Assembly: GCA_963769935.1 (NCBI GenBank)
Contig: CAVYNY010000028.1
Coordinates: forward strand, 32,001 to 96,000
Origin: an uncultured delta proteobacterium
GTDB lineage: Bacteria; Desulfobacterota; Desulfobacteria; Desulfobacterales; JAFDCJ01
Reading direction: 5' to 3'
DNA length: 64,000 nt
Of the stretch, positions 20,098-31,536 are shown piece after piece. Numbering within the stretch: position 1 is the first letter of the stretch; each line of letters begins with the position of its first letter. Made by a program: the position numbers and the translations under genes. The notes under the pieces were generated by a model, which ran no database searches, was not told the origin of the DNA, and saw only the letters and a list, made by a program, of their open reading frames with translations.

Positions 20098-20514
20098 ATG
20101 AAATCCTTTCGCAAAGAGTTGTGGTTTGAGGTCCCCACCCGGCGGGCCTTTATCAACATCACCCCCCAGGTAAAGGACTGCTTAAGGGAAAGCGGCATTC
20201 GGGAAGGTCTGGTGCTGGTCAATGCCATGCACATCACCGCCTCGGTTTTCATCAACGATGATGAATCGGGCCTGCACCACGACTACGACGTCTGGCTGGA
20301 AAAACTGGCACCCCATGAGCCGGTAAGCCAGTACCGCCATAACGTCGGCGAAGACAACGCCGATGCGCACATGAAGCGGCAGGTCATGGGACGCGAGGTC
20401 GTTGTCGCCGTCACAAATGGCCGGCTTGATTTCGGCACCTGGGAACAGATATTTTACGGCGAATTCGACGGACGCCGCCGCAAACGGGTGCTGGTAAAGA
20501 TTATCGGTGAATAA
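20098..20514 (+). CDS. yjbQ: YjbQ/UPF0047 family protein
   Basis: [33 protein letters not shown]. Confidence 0.93.
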   Translation: MKSFRKELWFEVPTRRAFINITPQVKDCLRESGIREGLVLVNAMHITASVFINDDESGLHHDYDVWLEKLAPHEPVSQYRHNVGEDNADAHMKRQVMGREVVVAVTNGRLDFGTWEQIFYGEFDGRRRKRVLVKIIGE

Positions 20515-20535
20515 TTTTCATCTTTGATGGTTAAA

Positions 20536-21114
20536 TTATTGTAGCTCTTCAGAACTTGCTAAGATAATAATTCTTGAAATCCATTTCATGGCTTCGACAT
20601 CGCGGATTTTACCCAGATATCTTTCCGTGGTCGATAAATTCGAATGGCGTAATATGATTTTCGAGATGATCTCTATTGGAACGCCGGAACGGCTTGCATA
20701 TGTCGCTGCATGACGCCTTAGGTCATGGGGTCTGAGATGAATGCCCACGACACTGCCCGCTTTGGCAACCATTTCCCTCGAAGCTTCATAACAAATCGGG
20801 AAAATGCGTTGATGGTGTTGAATACCTTTTTGCCTTATATAGTCTTTCAGCCTGTCCGCGAGCTTCTGGGGGATAAAAACGAATTCCTGATCTATGTGAT
20901 TTTTAATGAAGTTGAAAAATGCCAGCAAATGGGAATAGCGGGTCCGTTTGGTTTGCCGTTTTTTCCCCTCTGTGATTCGATTCAAGAAGGAGAGGGTCAT
21001 TTCCGTGGTGATCTCCTCCAGGTTCTCAGTCCCGAATTCCTCACAGAATTTGGTAAGAACCAGTTTGTATGCCCTGATTGAGTTTTCTTTAGAATGACAC
21101 TTATGATATCCCCA
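20536..21114 (-). pseudogene. Tyrosine recombinase remnant (N-truncated, internally deleted)
   Basis: HDLRRHAAT, ILRHSNLSTTERYL; N-terminal domain joins the C-terminal part near 20880 with the box I Arg region missing. Confidence 0.8.
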
Positions 21115-21231
21115 TCATGTTAAGAACCCATCGGAAAGGCACCATGTGCTCAGCTTTTCTAATAGAGCAGGATGGAAGATCTCCAAAAAAACAAGGCAGA
21201 TATTATCGATCGGTATACCGGTACAAGATTA

Positions 21232-21453
21232 TTAAAAACGGACGTTTTTTATCCTATAGGTACAATCTCGAGTGGAAATTTCCTTACCCTGAAACATTTC
21301 ACGTAGCGCCGGAGTAATCAGTTCAAAGGTATCCGCTAATTTTATTAGAAATTCCTTTTCAGAAACCCTTTTCCAATCATTTTCAATAAAGTTTCTTATT
21401 TCAAACTCTGGAAATTTGAATATCATTGCCATTGATCTGCCACTAACCGCCAT
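21232..21453 (-). CDS. Small hypothetical protein or fragment
   Basis: 73-aa protein-like ORF in AT-rich DNA; no family recognised. Confidence 0.3.
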   Translation of the reverse strand: MAVSGRSMAMIFKFPEFEIRNFIENDWKRVSEKEFLIKLADTFELITPALREMFQGKEISTRDCTYRIKNVRF

Positions 21454-22257
21454 TAATAAATTTCGGATCTATATACAATAAAAAGGTAGGTTGCGATTTA
21501 GCCGCTGCAATCAAGCCTTTTGAATAGAGATGCTGAAAATTATTATAGCAAAAATTTGCTAATAATTCAGAGTCTTATAAATTTTAGCCTTTTTTTCATA
21601 TATAGTCCAGATACAGATAAGGATTTTTTAGTCGTTTATTGTTCATAGCTGCCAGCACACCCGCATTGGGCAGCACATATTTAGAAATAAGTTATATTTG
21701 GGAAAATATTCCCAAATATAATTTATGTCAAGAAAAACTAGATTTGCAGGGCGGCCGTAGTTTGATACCTGAAAGCTACAGTTTGGGGGTTGTGTGGCTG
21801 AGAAAGGATGGTCAGAAGCGAGCAACAAAAGTTGACAAAATGCTACAGACCAAAGATAAATATAACTATTTCAAATTGGTACGGTTTAGCAAAAAAAGTT
21901 TACGTTGCTTCGAAAGCAGCGCCCTCCTATGGGATATTATTAAGGAACCGGTGCTTGATTGTTAAGATTACTCCGATGTATGCCCAAATTTGATGATATT
22001 TAAGTGTAATGCAAGTATGCTTGACTGCAATGAAGAACCGCAAAGTCCAGGAATTGCCAAAAAGGGGAAACCCCAATATTTTCGAGTAGACGTGTCCAAT
22101 AGTAACATATTTTCCCTATAACATCCGGAATGGAATGTTATTCAGATAGAAAGACCGTTAAATCTGCAGATTTCACAAGCAAGCAATAATATATTTGGAA
22201 GATTTACAGAAACTACTCAATCACTGGTTATGCGCGAGATAGGATAGGATAGACAAA

Positions 22258-22514
22258 ATGCCGACTATACTTGTAATTTTAGGATGGAGGCTGTTTTTTA
22301 TGCAAATGAAGGCGATGAACCGATTCACGTGCATTGTCGCAAAGGTGACATGGAATGCAAATATTGGTTGAATCGAGAAAGTTTTGACCTTGAAGAAGCT
22401 TTTGCATATAATATGTCACCAAGAGATAAAAGACAGATCCGAAAAATTATTTATGAACATTTTGAATATATTGAGCAGCAATGGGATGAATTTCAACGGA
22501 GACGCCAGCAATGA
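22258..22514 (+). CDS. DUF4160-family protein (putative toxin); 1-nt frameshift in T-run at ~22294-22299
   Basis: MPTILVILGWRLFF + YANEGDEPIHVHC...CKYWL; one T missing from a homopolymer. Confidence 0.8.
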
Positions 22515-22768
22515 AAAAGTTCCATGATATCAGCGATCTTAAATTTGAAGATGGCTTCCTCGTTATCACAATTGATGGGGAAGCGAAACGATTTCAATTA
22601 AAGGAAGTATCGCCCCTACTTGAGAAAGCTTCGGAGGAAGAAAGGAGTAATTTTGAAATTTCTCCTTCAGGCTACGGGATACATTGGCCTCTCTTAGATG
22701 AAGATATTTCCATAGATGGTTTACTAGGAATTGTTCGTGCCCCACAGTGGAAGAGACAGATCGCATGA
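22511..22768 (+). CDS. DUF2442-family protein (putative antitoxin)
   Basis: LEKASEEER.NFEISPSGYGIHWPLLDEDISIDGLL; ATGA overlap with DUF4160 gene. Confidence 0.85.
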   Translation: MKKFHDISDLKFEDGFLVITIDGEAKRFQLKEVSPLLEKASEEERSNFEISPSGYGIHWPLLDEDISIDGLLGIVRAPQWKRQIA

Positions 22769-22891
22769 CAAAGGCATGAAGATGGACGGGCCATATTTTG
22801 CGGTTTTGATTAGCATTAGGTGATTTCCGCTATTTAGTCTGCCACATCTTTCGAGCAAGCACCCGCCCGCCACTTATGCCTGGGGGAGGTT
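22763..22891 (+). mobile_element. Degenerate integron attC-like site
   Basis: GCATGAC overlaps the stop codon and mirrors GTTATGC at 22227 (1 mismatch); GGCAT[G]AAG[A]TGG[A]CGGG pairs with CCCGCCACTTATGCC leaving three unpaired bases; R' spacing is non-canonical. Confidence 0.6.
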
Positions 22892-23002
22892 CGGGCACGG
22901 GTATTGATATATTGATAAGGTTCGAGTCTATTAAAGCATCCGAAAAGACACGGCCGAAATTTTTCAGGTTATATATCCAGCTTCTCGCCCACTTGACCGC
23001 TC

Positions 23003-23215
23003 AACAATAATTATCCTATTCATGAATCCTGGCTGCCTGAAAAATTCAATGATACTGGAAAAATGTTTGGCTCTATGATTTTGGACACGAAATTTCATTT
23101 TAGCCTTAGCATCCTATGTCAGACTTATCAAAGGTTGCCCGGCCGGCTGATATCCTGGGATTTCCACAAGCGATCAAAGGTTTTGACAAGTCAGATTTTT
23201 GTGAGGTATCTCAAT
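23003..23215 (+). repeat. ~210-bp direct repeat, copy 1
   Basis: About 80% identical to 25117-25328 by hand alignment. Confidence 0.9.
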
Positions 23216-23665
23216 CTGTCTTTTTTTTTACGCTAAGCTTCGACCACAAAATGTTGATGTTCGCGCTATATTATTTTCAATGCTGGCGAAAATTTGTATT
23301 CTTAGCTGGTTTGTTGTATATATTAGCGAACTTAAAGTTCCTTCGCGATTCTCTTACTATAATCTTTCAAATTTAAGAATGCCATCCTGTATTGTTAAAA
23401 ATAGCGAGATTCAACCATAATGCAAGAATGTATGAGCGCTCGGATGTTGATTTACAACCATGTTTTCAACCGTGGAGCGGTTAACGCTCGCGGTCCCGTC
23501 GCGGGGGGGCGGATCAATCTAATCATTGTCAGGCTTCCAATGAGAATCCGTCTTATTAGGTAAAGAGTAAATGCTGCGGGAAGGAAAGTAGAGGGAGTGC
23601 CATCATGGCCAGAGTAAAAGAAATCAATTGATTACGAATTGTGGATTGAAAAAAAATTAGGACTG

Positions 23666-25081
23666 ATGATGCAAGAAAAGAATACACCGGAACTGCCCGG
23701 TCACATTTCCACTCGGACATCTGGTATATTTTCGACTTTCCACCTTCTTGGTTTTATGGGCAGATGGGGCGCCTGGATTGTTCTGTTGGCGTCTCTAATG
23801 ATCACTTTCAACGCCTGGTATTCCGCCAAGGGCGTAGCAACCAAAAGGGCTCAAGCGCGTTTTGATTTTCGGGTCAAGACAATAGAAACAGGGATCTACG
23901 AGCGCCTCCAGGCTTATGAATTTCTGCTCCGAGGGGGGAGCGGTCTTTTTGCGGCTTCCGACGAAGTCACTCGAGAGGATTGGCGGACCTATGTAACAAA
24001 GTTGCAGGTTAATCAATATTATCCTGGAATTCAAGGGGTCGGCTTTTCTAAACGAATTCTTCCTTCTGAAAAGGCGGCTCACCTCCGTCAGATTCGCGGC
24101 GAGGGTTTCCCTAAATACACTATCAAACCTGACGGGGAGCGGCCGGAGTACACCTCGATCATCTTCCTGGAGCCCTTCGATTGGCGAAATCAGCGGGCTT
24201 TTGGCTATGACATGTTTTCCGAACCCACCCGTAAAGAAGCCATGATCCGAGCACGTGACACCGGAATAGCAGCCTTGAGCGGCAAGGTCACCCTGGTCCA
24301 GGAAACGGACGAGGACATACAGGCGGGCTTTCTCATTTACCTGGCGGTTTACCGCAAAGGAGAATCGCTGGAAACCCTGGAACAGAGGCGTAAGGCGTTA
24401 ATGGGATATGTTTACAGCCCTTTTCGTATGAATGATTTCATGAAGGGTATTCTGGTCGAAAAGGAGGGATACGTTAAACTTCAGATTTTTGATGGCGATA
24501 AGCCGCTTAAAGAAACCCTGCTATATCGCAGCGATACCGCGGAAGAATATCACAACTACCCTGAAGGTCGCCATTTTGCCACTAACCAATCCATCCTGGA
24601 ATATGCCGGCCGTCGTTGGCTGTTATCTTTCGCTTCCTCAAAATATTTCGAAGAAAATATCGAGACCGGCTTAACGAACTTCAGCTTATTGCTTGGCATC
24701 ACCATCAGTCTGCTGTTATTTGGCATGGTATTGTCTTTAACCAAGTCGCGTAGCCAAGCCATAGCTCTGGCTAATACGACATTGGACCTGGAAAAGGCTA
24801 ATATAGGATTAAGGAAAGAAATCATGGAGCGCGAGCGGGCGGAGGAACAACGGGATAAGTTAATTGCGGACCTTCAAAAGACACTATCAGAGGTTAAAAC
24901 GTTGCGGGGTTTTCTACCCATTTGCTCAAATTGCAAAAAAATCCGTGATGATAAAGGCTATTGGAATCAGATTGAATCATACATTAGAGATCGCTCTGAA
25001 GCTGAATTCAGTCATGGTATTTGCCCTGAATGCGCAAAAAAACTGTATCCCGATATAGATCTATCTGAAGATGCCGAGTAA
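23666..25081 (+). CDS. Membrane CHASE-domain sensor with C-terminal Cys-rich domain; no kinase or GGDEF domain
   Basis: TM, YPGIQGVGF...EPFDWRNQRAFGYDM...LSGKVTLVQE, TM, coiled coil, LPICSNCKKIRDD...SHGICPEC. Confidence 0.88.
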   Translation: MMQEKNTPELPGHISTRTSGIFSTFHLLGFMGRWGAWIVLLASLMITFNAWYSAKGVATKRAQARFDFRVKTIETGIYERLQAYEFLLRGGSGLFAASDEVTREDWRTYVTKLQVNQYYPGIQGVGFSKRILPSEKAAHLRQIRGEGFPKYTIKPDGERPEYTSIIFLEPFDWRNQRAFGYDMFSEPTRKEAMIRARDTGIAALSGKVTLVQETDEDIQAGFLIYLAVYRKGESLETLEQRRKALMGYVYSPFRMNDFMKGILVEKEGYVKLQIFDGDKPLKETLLYRSDTAEEYHNYPEGRHFATNQSILEYAGRRWLLSFASSKYFEENIETGLTNFSLLLGITISLLLFGMVLSLTKSRSQAIALANTTLDLEKANIGLRKEIMERERAEEQRDKLIADLQKTLSEVKTLRGFLPICSNCKKIRDDKGYWNQIESYIRDRSEAEFSHGICPECAKKLYPDIDLSEDAE

Positions 25082-25116
25082 AGATTTTAGATGAATATTT
25101 CGATAATTTGGAACTT

Positions 25117-25328
25117 AACAATGATTATCCTATTCTTGAATTTTGGCTGGCTGAAATATTGAATGATACTGGAATAATGTTAGACTTTTAGATCCTGGAC
25201 CCGAAATTTCACTTTTATCCTTAACCTCATATGTCAGACTTATCACAGATTTTCCGGCTGGCTGATATCCTGGGAGCTCTACAAACTATTAAAGGTTTGG
25301 CACGTCCAATTTTTATGAGGTTCTCAAT
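25117..25328 (+). repeat. ~210-bp direct repeat, copy 2
   Basis: Homologous to 23003-23215. Confidence 0.9.
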
Positions 25329-25699
25329 AATCTGCACCCAGCTAATTTAAACCTAATCAGCAAAATCAAAAAAAAGTTCATATTGCATCATCACATCCAA
25401 CAAAATTACATCCCTTCTTAAATTCACCATCAGGCACGTTATCTAACAAAAATAGAGTCTCAAAAAAGTATATACTTCTTGTGATGAGGGGTCGGAAGGG
25501 CTCAATGATGTGTGGATACGGCTCCCACCGAACAGATAATCACAGGACCGTTTCGGTCGGACATATAAAATTAATTGTAAGTAGTTATCCTGGACCCAAA
25601 TGCTGCTGAATCTCAAGGGCCGCGGTCTTAAAGTGGGACCGCAGTTGGGTTTCAAATGCATTTTGTTCGGTGATATAGGTTAAATGGTAGTAACGTGCT

Positions 25700-26504
25700 G
25701 TGGTGGTGGGACTGCTGTGGCCGAGTATCCCCTGGATATGACGAAGGCTTAAGCCTTTTTCAAGCAGATGGGTTGCATAACTGTGGCGCAGGGAGTGAAT
25801 CGAGACTTTTTTTTAATGCCACACTGGGCCACCACCGCTTTCATGGCAGCCTGAGCGCCGCCGCGATCCATGTGGGTGGTTGCACTTCGAATGCGCTCGG
25901 GCGAGCCCATGGCATTGGGGAATAACCAGCAGGGGTTGCGATGTTTGCACCACAAAGCGCGCAGTGCCTGATAGGTCAGATCCGGCAATGGGACGAAACG
26001 ATCCTTGTAACCTTTGCCTCGTCGGATATGAACCTGTTTGCGCTGACCGTCGATATCACCCACCTGCAGATTGAGGGTCTCTGACGAGGCGCAAGCCCAT
26101 GGAATAGGTCGCCAACAGAAAAACACGGTATCGCAGCTTGCATGTCGCAGCGATCAATTGTTCAACTTCAGCAACGGTCAGAAATCAGGCAGCGAATGGA
26201 CTTTCGGGGGTTTGACTATATTTACCCACTGCCAGTCTTGTTTAAGGACATGTTTCCAGAAAAACTGCAGACCATTGCGGTCAACTTTAACGGTACTCCA
26301 GGAATGGGATTCCACCAGCTCGGAAAAATATTTTTCCCGTTGTTGCAGGATCAATTGATCGGGGCAACAATCAAAATGTTAGCTGATCCGGCGCACAGCC
26401 CTATCGTAGGCATCGGTGGTTTTTTGACTTTTGCCCTGAAGCTTGAGTAAACGCAAGTGACTCTGATAAAGTTCATTAAATCGAATCGTTTCAACTTGAT
26501 TCAT
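25700..26504 (-). pseudogene. Tyrosine recombinase pseudogene, of the type often paired with IS91-family transposases
   Basis: MNQVETIRFNELY...GKSQKTTDAY; in-frame TAA and frameshifts; IRRGKGYKDRFVPL, WLFP; no transposase visible. Confidence 0.8.
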
Positions 26505-26812
26505 GGTATACCTCCCTTTGTTTTGATGGTGCCCGGAATTGGGCAACTCTGGGAGTTATACACTATTTATAATTTTTTTCCCGCCGCGTAGCGGCTTCGT
26601 CCAACAAGGAGTTATATTCTGCGCTTGTTCCGCAGTTCGAAAAGGCGGTTGAGGTCAGCAATACATTTTAGAGCTAAATATAGCATCCCATTTTATTATC
26701 TCTAAAGCCCGGCGCGCATGAATGGGATCATCATTCGTAAGTATTCCTTTATTATTAATAAAATGATGCCGTTTAAAATGTCTTAGAAGGCTTCGGCGAA
26801 GACACAATAGCG

Positions 26813-27469
26813 TTATCCGGCAGATCCGGAATTTAGCGGTGAAAATATTTTGTTAATGAAACTTGCGACAGCATTTCCAAGTTTATAGTGATCTTCGGGA
26901 TCAAAATGAAGGCCGTCAAATTGGCTGGATTGAATAAGGGTTGACGTGTCAAGAAAAAAACAGCCATAGGCTGACGCAACGGAGTTGAAGCAGCCTGCAA
27001 TTCTTTTTGATTTTTCGACTCCACCTTCAAAGGTTTCCGCGTACTCTGTAAGCTTACCGAGAGGTGGCGGGACCATTATTAAGATATTAGGAGCTTTGCC
27101 ATCTTTTCCGCTTCGACTTCCCTGGGCATTTCAATAAGGGCGCCTAAACTTTCTCCGATATCATATGGGGTTACAGAGAACCTGGCCTTTAGATCATTGG
27201 TGCCTAACATAATTATCAATAGATCGATTGGAGAATGTGATTCAAGGCATGGTAAAAGATAAGATACTCCCGTTTCTTTTTGTCCCTCCACGCACAGGAT
27301 CATCCCATACAGTTGTTCTGCCGTTTAATCCTTCTTCAATTACATAAAATTCCTGGCCGAGTTTTCTCTGGAGTACCCCAGTCCATCGTTTTTTCTTGTC
27401 AAACCGACCCTTTGTGATTGGATCTCGACCATAAGTGTTTGAATCGCCATAGCAAAGAATAACTTTCAT
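26813..27469 (-). pseudogene. SGNH/GDSL hydrolase (frameshifted)
   Basis: ILCYGDSNTYG, IEEGLNGRTT, MLGTND, DGLH across three frames. Confidence 0.88.
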
Positions 27470-27821
27470 AAATTCCTCCCGTTAAGATTAGCCCACCAGT
27501 CGGCTGATTTCTGAAATCCCAATTTTGTATATACACTTTCGAACTTTCGTTATATGGGCCTCCTACCCCTGTTTTTTTGTTTGACACGACATTATTGAGT
27601 TGATAAAGGTGTTAATATGTGCTTACAAGTGAACGTATTTACCACAAACATCAAAAAATTTCCTTTCTTTTTTAAGTATCATGCAAGAATTAACACCTTC
27701 AGAAACGGAGCTCAATGTCGGATAGTCTCAGAAATTCAAAAGATTTCAGACAAACCTCCCGCTTTGCAAACCTGTACGGCCAGGACTATTCTCCGTACTG
27801 CAGGACAGCTGGTTTATTAGT

Positions 27822-27850
27822 TTGACACTTCATAATATATATGCTGATAG
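27822..27850 (+). promoter_or_regulatory. Candidate promoter/operator of the sugar-uptake operon
   Basis: TTGACA followed by CATAATATATATGCTGATAG, resembling the palindrome at 43825-43852. Confidence 0.4.
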
Positions 27851-27965
27851 CACTGAAAAAATCCAGAAAAGAAAGGAGGTGATAATAAAGATTTAAATGC
27901 TCTTTCGCGGCCTGCTGTTTGAAATTGAGCTAACATACTTTCAGCTAATTAAAGGAGGGTTTATC

Positions 27966-28967
27966 ATGAAACGTTATTTGACCATTGTGAGCCTTGTCAT
28001 TCTCACGGCCATGCTTCTCCTATCCAGCCCGGCACTTTCTCAAAGCAAGGTGATCGGCGTCTCTCATCTTTGGTTGGCAATGACTGGAATATTTATCTTT
28101 ATAATGGAATCAGCAAAACACTGAATCAATGGGCTACAAGGTTCTTAAGTTCAATGCGCAGGGAGATACTGCCAATCAGGTTGCCGGTATGGAAAACTTT
28201 ATCACCAAAGGGGTAGACGGCGCCATAATCGCCCAGGCAGGCCACGCCTTCAGGGATATCTCCCAAGCTTATGATAAGGCCGGCATTCCTTTAGTGGCAG
28301 TTGACATGGTCTTGCCCGGCCAGGTGGCCCATTTACTGCGACCAACGACTGGGAAGGCGGCGGCAAGATGGCGATGTTCCTCGTGAACTCGATGCGCGGA
28401 GAAGGCAAGGTTCTGATATTAAACCTGCCCAGTTGGGATTCAATTCGGCAACGTGCGGAGGCCGCCCGGCTCGTTCTGAAAGAGTTCCCCGGCATTAGCA
28501 TCGTCGCCGAACATGAGGTTGGTGTGCATGAGCCCATTGAGACCGCCAAAAGCATTACCAAGGCGACAATCCGTGCCAATCCCGATCTGAAGGGTATCAT
28601 CGCCACGTGGGGGTTGCCCGGAATCGGAGCTGCTCAAGCCGTTATGGAATTGGCCCTGCAGGATCAGGTGGCGGTCGCAACTTGTGATTTCGACAGGCCC
28701 CTAGTTCAATTGATCAATGACCCAAAGCCCCGCCGTTTATGGCTTACGGCCAGGACTCGTACACCGTGGGCGTTATTGCAGGCAAATTGATGGATCAGGC
28801 CATCAAGGCCGGTGACATTCAAAAGGCCAAGGCTGCATTGCCTCTGCTCAGCTTGGACCAACGCTTGTTATAGCTAACCGAGGCTTGGAGCAAGTATCGA
28901 CCGTGAAAGTCGGAACCCGAATCAGGCCTGGGACGAACTTTATAGCGACCAGAAAAAGCCCTGGTAA
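27966..28967 (+). pseudogene. Sugar ABC transporter substrate-binding protein, RbsB-like (frameshifted)
   Basis: AAGGAGG RBS, signal peptide, ENFITKGVDG, KAGIPLVAVD, ANPDLKGI in successive frames. Confidence 0.85.
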
Positions 28968-28976
28968 AAAATCGTC

Positions 28977-29031
28977 GAGACGGGGAAAGGGCTCATCCAC
29001 GATGTGACCCGCAAAGCCCCATCCCCGTCTC
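28977..29031 (+). other. Intergenic stem-loop after the binding-protein gene (mRNA stabiliser or attenuator)
   Basis: GAGACGGGGA...TCCCCGTCTC 10-bp inverted repeat. Confidence 0.5.
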
Positions 29032-29057
29032 CATAAAAACCGGAAAAAGCTGACGAA

Positions 29058-30553
29058 ATGAGAGATACGGTTATCAAGACGGTTGGGATATGCAAGAACT
29101 TCTCCAGCGTGACTGCTCTGGACAATTTGAGCTTTGAAATGAATGTGGGGGAAGTCCATGCGCTTCTGGGGGAGAACGGGGCAGGCAAAACGACCTTTGT
29201 GAAAATTCTCACGCGTGAGCTGCAAGAAGACTCTGGTGAGATTTACCTGCGGGATGAGGATGCCCGGGATTATCGGTCCGGCAAATACAGGACAAGGGTC
29301 TGGCCATGGTGCCCAGGCAATCAATCTGGTAGAAATGTTCACCGTGGCTATGAATATCATGCTTGGCATAGAACCGGTTCGGACAAGTTTTTAAAATGGA
29401 AAAATTACACGCCGAGGCCTGGTTCATCTCTCCCAAAATTACGGATCGGCTCGATGTCTGCTGCAAGGTCAGCGAATTGAGTGTCGCGGAAAAACAATCG
29501 GTATCCTTGGCAAGAGCCCTCGCAAGAAACCCGAAAGTCCTTATTCTTGATAAATCTACTGCTTCGCTTGGGGACCGGGTGACACGCGAATTTTCTTCAG
29601 TCCTGAGACAACTGAAAAAAGAGAGGACTTCCATTCTTTACATTTCAGATCGCCTGCAGGAAATTTTCGACCTGGCCGAAAAGGTCTCCGTGCTCGTGAT
29701 GGCAAAAAAGTAGGTACTTACTCGATCTCTGAAACGAACGAGGAAGAGCTGATCGGTCGATGATCGGCCAATCTCTGAAGGCAATGATCCCTAAAATAAA
29801 GGTTCCCATACCCAGGAAATACTGCGTGTCTGAGGATCCATATCAAGAATCGAAATGTAAGGGATGTTCCTTCACGGCAAAATCCGGTGAGATCCTTGGG
29901 ATCGTGGGCACTCTGTAAGCCGGTAAAAGCGAGATCCTGCATTCGATCTTCGGGCTGGAGCCCTTTCTGGCCGGCGAAGTTTTTGTAGATGGAAAAAAAA
30001 TGAATATAACCGAACCGCAGGCGGTGATCAGAATGGTCAGCCCTCATTCCTGAAGAGCGACGTGATGCGCTCGTCATGGAGCATCCATCGTGCGAAACAT
30101 CACTCTGGCGAGTTTGACAGCGTATGTTCGGTAGGGTGCGGGCAATCAGCTGTCTCTCTATTGAGGAATGTATGTGAATGCGGTAGGAAGAGAGCCCTTC
30201 GATAGCAGCTTTCTATGAAAAAAAATCTGTCGGCTCTCTCCAAGCGGTGGTAATTCAGCAGAAAACTGCTCAGATCGTGCTGGCTTAGCACTTTGGCTGA
30301 AGATTGATCCCCTGGATGAACCGAACGAAAGGAAATCTATGTCGGCGCAAGTAGCAAATATATGGACTAATCGGTACTCTGGTTAAGGATGGGGCGGCTG
30401 TCATATATGCCATGAACGAGATAAACGAAGCGTCTGAACTCTGTGATAAGGTGAGAGTGCTGCACCGGTGTCAAGTTGCGCGGAGCTTAAGTGTCCGGAA
30501 ACAAACAGGAAGAGCTTCTACTCCTGATGCTAGGCGGAAAGCGAGATGCATAA
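29058..30553 (+). pseudogene. Sugar ABC ATP-binding protein, RbsA-like (heavily frameshifted)
   Basis: GEVHALLGENGAGKTT, LSVAEKQ...NPKVLILD; second ABC domain garbled. Confidence 0.85.
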
Positions 30554-31506
30554 TAGCAATTGGCGTGAATTCATTTTGACCTGGGGGACCTTTTTGGCTT
30601 TTTGTCTGCTGTTTGTGGTTTTTGCGCTGTAGGCGATTCCCGGATTCGCCAGCTGGAGCAATGCCGAAAACATCTTCAAGCAGACGGCTGTACTCCTGCT
30701 AATGTCCTTCGGGTTGCTTTTGCCCATGATTGCAGGTGAAATCGATATCTCTTTCGGGGCAGTATCGGTATGGCAGGTGCTTTGTTCGCATCTTTGGCAG
30801 TCAACGGACAACCGGTTTTAGGTGCCGTGACGGCAATTGCCGTCTGTACGCTATTCGGCATTGTCAATGGTATTTTTATAGCGATCTTCAAGATGCACTC
30901 ATTTCTGGTGACACTTGCCACAATGTTCATCGGTATGGGGGCCGAGCGGGTTTACACCCACGGCTTTAATATCTGGGTAAAAGATCTGAAGCTGCTTGGC
31001 ATCTTTAACGGGTATGCCATTGGCGTGCCGAACAGCATCCTTATTATTATGATAGCCTTCGCGTTGCTATGGCTATGGGCGTCAAAACCCGCAGCGGAAT
31101 CTACATGCGGGCCGTCGGTGAAAACATTGAGGCGTCCCGCGAAACGGGAATAAATGTGGTTGCGATCAAGATCCTATCGTTTACTTTGGCAGGACTGTTC
31201 TACGGATTGGGGTCCATTTTGAACGTGCTCAGGGTTTCAGGCTCGTTGGCTTATTCCGGGCAGAATTTACTTCTCCCCACTATGGCCGTCTGCTTTATCG
31301 GCGCGACCATGTTTACGGCTCCGAAAAAAAATGTTCCCGGCAATCTGGTGGGGGCCTTTTTTCTGACTTTGATCACAAACGGACTGACCATTTTCGGTGC
31401 TGAATATTATTTTATTCCAATTTCTCACGGAATCCTGCTGCTAACCGCTGTGGTCGTAGCGAACCTCGGCAAAAGCGGGCTTAAAATAGAGCAAGTCAAA
31501 TTTTAG
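30546..31506 (+). pseudogene. Sugar ABC permease, RbsC-like (in-frame TAG plus frameshifts)
   Basis: GEIDIS, GIVNG...SFLVTLAT, AVGENIEASRETGI, GNLVGAFF. Confidence 0.85.
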
Positions 31507-31536
31507 CTCCTATCACAAGCCGGAAGGGAATCTGTA

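Noticed and set aside
23003..25328. Direct repeats as DGR template/variable repeats
   Set aside because: Mismatches are not adenine-specific, indels occur, neither copy is in a gene, and no reverse transcriptase is present.
25526..25672. Second attC-like site (CACCGAAC...GTTCGGTG)
   Set aside because: Only the outer 8 bp pair; inner arms do not, and no cassette ORF is adjacent.
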